From assembly GCA_040400605.1 (NCBI GenBank), contig JBBAPZ010000011.1:6792-26004 (forward strand): a stretch of 19,213 bases of DNA. Direction: 5' to 3'. The position numbers were made by a program, and so were the translations under genes. Source of the stretch: Candidatus Sericytochromatia bacterium. Its GTDB lineage: Bacteria > Cyanobacteriota > Sericytochromatia > S15B-MN24 > JAQBPE01. Below are positions 15,450 through 19,213 of this stretch, piece by piece. The notes under the pieces are model-generated. The model did not search any database and had not been told where the DNA came from. It saw only the letters and a list, made by a program, of their open reading frames with translations. Every line of letters starts with the position of its first letter. Position 1 is the first letter of the stretch.

Positions 15450-16592
15450 TCAGGCATCTGGCAAAACGGGGGGATGTGGTACCCGGGGCCAGTCAGGCGG
15501 TGCTGTGTCTGGTGTTGGGCGTGGTTGTTGCAGCGCGGGTTTTTGGCGGTCGCGCGCCAACTTGAGCCAAGCACGCACTTGATTGAGGTACACGCGGCCT
15601 GTTAACTTCCCATCGGAATTTTCATAAGTCAGATCATCGAGATTCAGACCCCGGGCGCTCCAAAAGCTTGCTTCCCGCAAAAAATCCTGGCAAGCATCCT
15701 CAAGCGCCACGTACTGGCTGCGCGACTGTTCAAAAGCCTGAGTTTCAAAAACTCGCTGTCCATCGTTGACCAGCAGGGCAATCCGGGCCATTGTCTCCAG
15801 CAGTTGTCCTTTCACGATAGCCAATTCATGTTGTTGCTCCAGGCGTTCCATGCGTGACACATAGGCACTCACCATGCGCTGCCACCCAGCGAGTTCCGCC
15901 AACTCCGGTTGATTGATCAACGTATCCCATCGCACGCGCAAGGCATTGAGACGTTCGACCTGGCGATCCAAGGTCTCGGTTGGCAAACATTTTTCCGCCT
16001 CACCCACGAGTGACTCCAATTGTTGCGCAAGGGTTTTCAAGCGGCGATTGGATTCGGTGTCCACGCCGTTCTCGAGTTTCATGGATACGCGTTCATCCAA
16101 GGCAGCCAAGCGGGTCTTTAACAGGAGCCATTCCGGGTGCAAACCCAGTACCAGATGATTGCGTTCCGCTTCCAGGCAGAGTTTACGGGCTTGGAGCAGG
16201 TAACGGTGAGCCTTGAGATCCTGTAATACTGCCAGGTGCTGATCAGCCTCATTCAGCAAACGCGTCAAACTCTCCGCCAACCCTTTCTCGACGTGGCCCA
16301 ATGTGACCCAATGCGGCAATTCAGGCGGAGCAATCGGTGACGCGGCTGGGGAAGGTGTTGTAACTGGTGCGATCGTACCATTCAATCCCGGTGTTGCAAC
16401 GCTGGGAGTTGATGTGACACCACTGGGTGCCGGTACCGGTGTTGCACCAGCAGGCGTTGACGGTAGCGCTTGGGCGGAAGGGCTTGGTGATGGTACCTGC
16501 GCAGCGATCGCAGGAAGGGAATAAGGCTGCGAAACCATCATCGCACAACCAATTCCCATTTGATAAAGTTGAGACAGGCGCTTGGCGTTCAC
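15450..16592 (-). CDS. Probable exported hypothetical protein with a Pro/Thr/Ser-rich linker and a helical domain (380 aa)
   Basis: Long ORF starting 30 nt after the gyrB stop. Signal-like N-terminus ending AIAA-Q, a low-complexity P/T/S stretch, then Leu/Glu/Gln-rich helices. Confidence 0.7.
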   Translation of the reverse strand: MNAKRLSQLYQMGIGCAMMVSQPYSLPAIAAQVPSPSPSAQALPSTPAGATPVPAPSGVTSTPSVATPGLNGTIAPVTTPSPAASPIAPPELPHWVTLGHVEKGLAESLTRLLNEADQHLAVLQDLKAHRYLLQARKLCLEAERNHLVLGLHPEWLLLKTRLAALDERVSMKLENGVDTESNRRLKTLAQQLESLVGEAEKCLPTETLDRQVERLNALRVRWDTLINQPELAELAGWQRMVSAYVSRMERLEQQHELAIVKGQLLETMARIALLVNDGQRVFETQAFEQSRSQYVALEDACQDFLREASFWSARGLNLDDLTYENSDGKLTGRVYLNQVRAWLKLARDRQKPALQQPRPTPDTAPPDWPRVPHPPVLPDA

Positions 16593-16622
16593 AATCAGGT
16601 ACCCAGATTGTCGTCAGGGTCA

Positions 16623-19213
<2,591 letters not shown>

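Overview
Bacterial chromosomal window, moderately GC-rich, with mostly minus-strand genes. The recognisable genes are gyrB (no adjacent gyrA), a bifunctional homocysteine methyltransferase/MTHFR (YitJ-like), an ABC1/UbiB kinase, a cphB-cphA cyanophycin pair translationally coupled to an unknown lipoprotein, an ACT-domain threonine ammonia-lyase and a secreted thermonuclease. The most unusual signals are small and are missing from the ORF track. (1) A 59-codon CxxC-x15-CxxC zinc-ribbon ORF (1745-1924, minus) with a strong SD, an apparent ATT start and its own terminator. (2) A related zinc-ribbon gene (13155-13463) whose ~170-nt leader has a perfect 14-bp helix that buries the SD and start codon. 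(3) A stand-alone protein with four MshEN-like motifs. (4) A lipoprotein running off the right edge with [LI]V[AS]QGGG[TN] octapeptide repeats. (5) An interrupted reading frame at 5235-6104. No rRNA, tRNA, CRISPR array or transposase was seen. A non-photosynthetic Cyanobacteriota relative (e.g. Sericytochromatia) is a tentative guess only.
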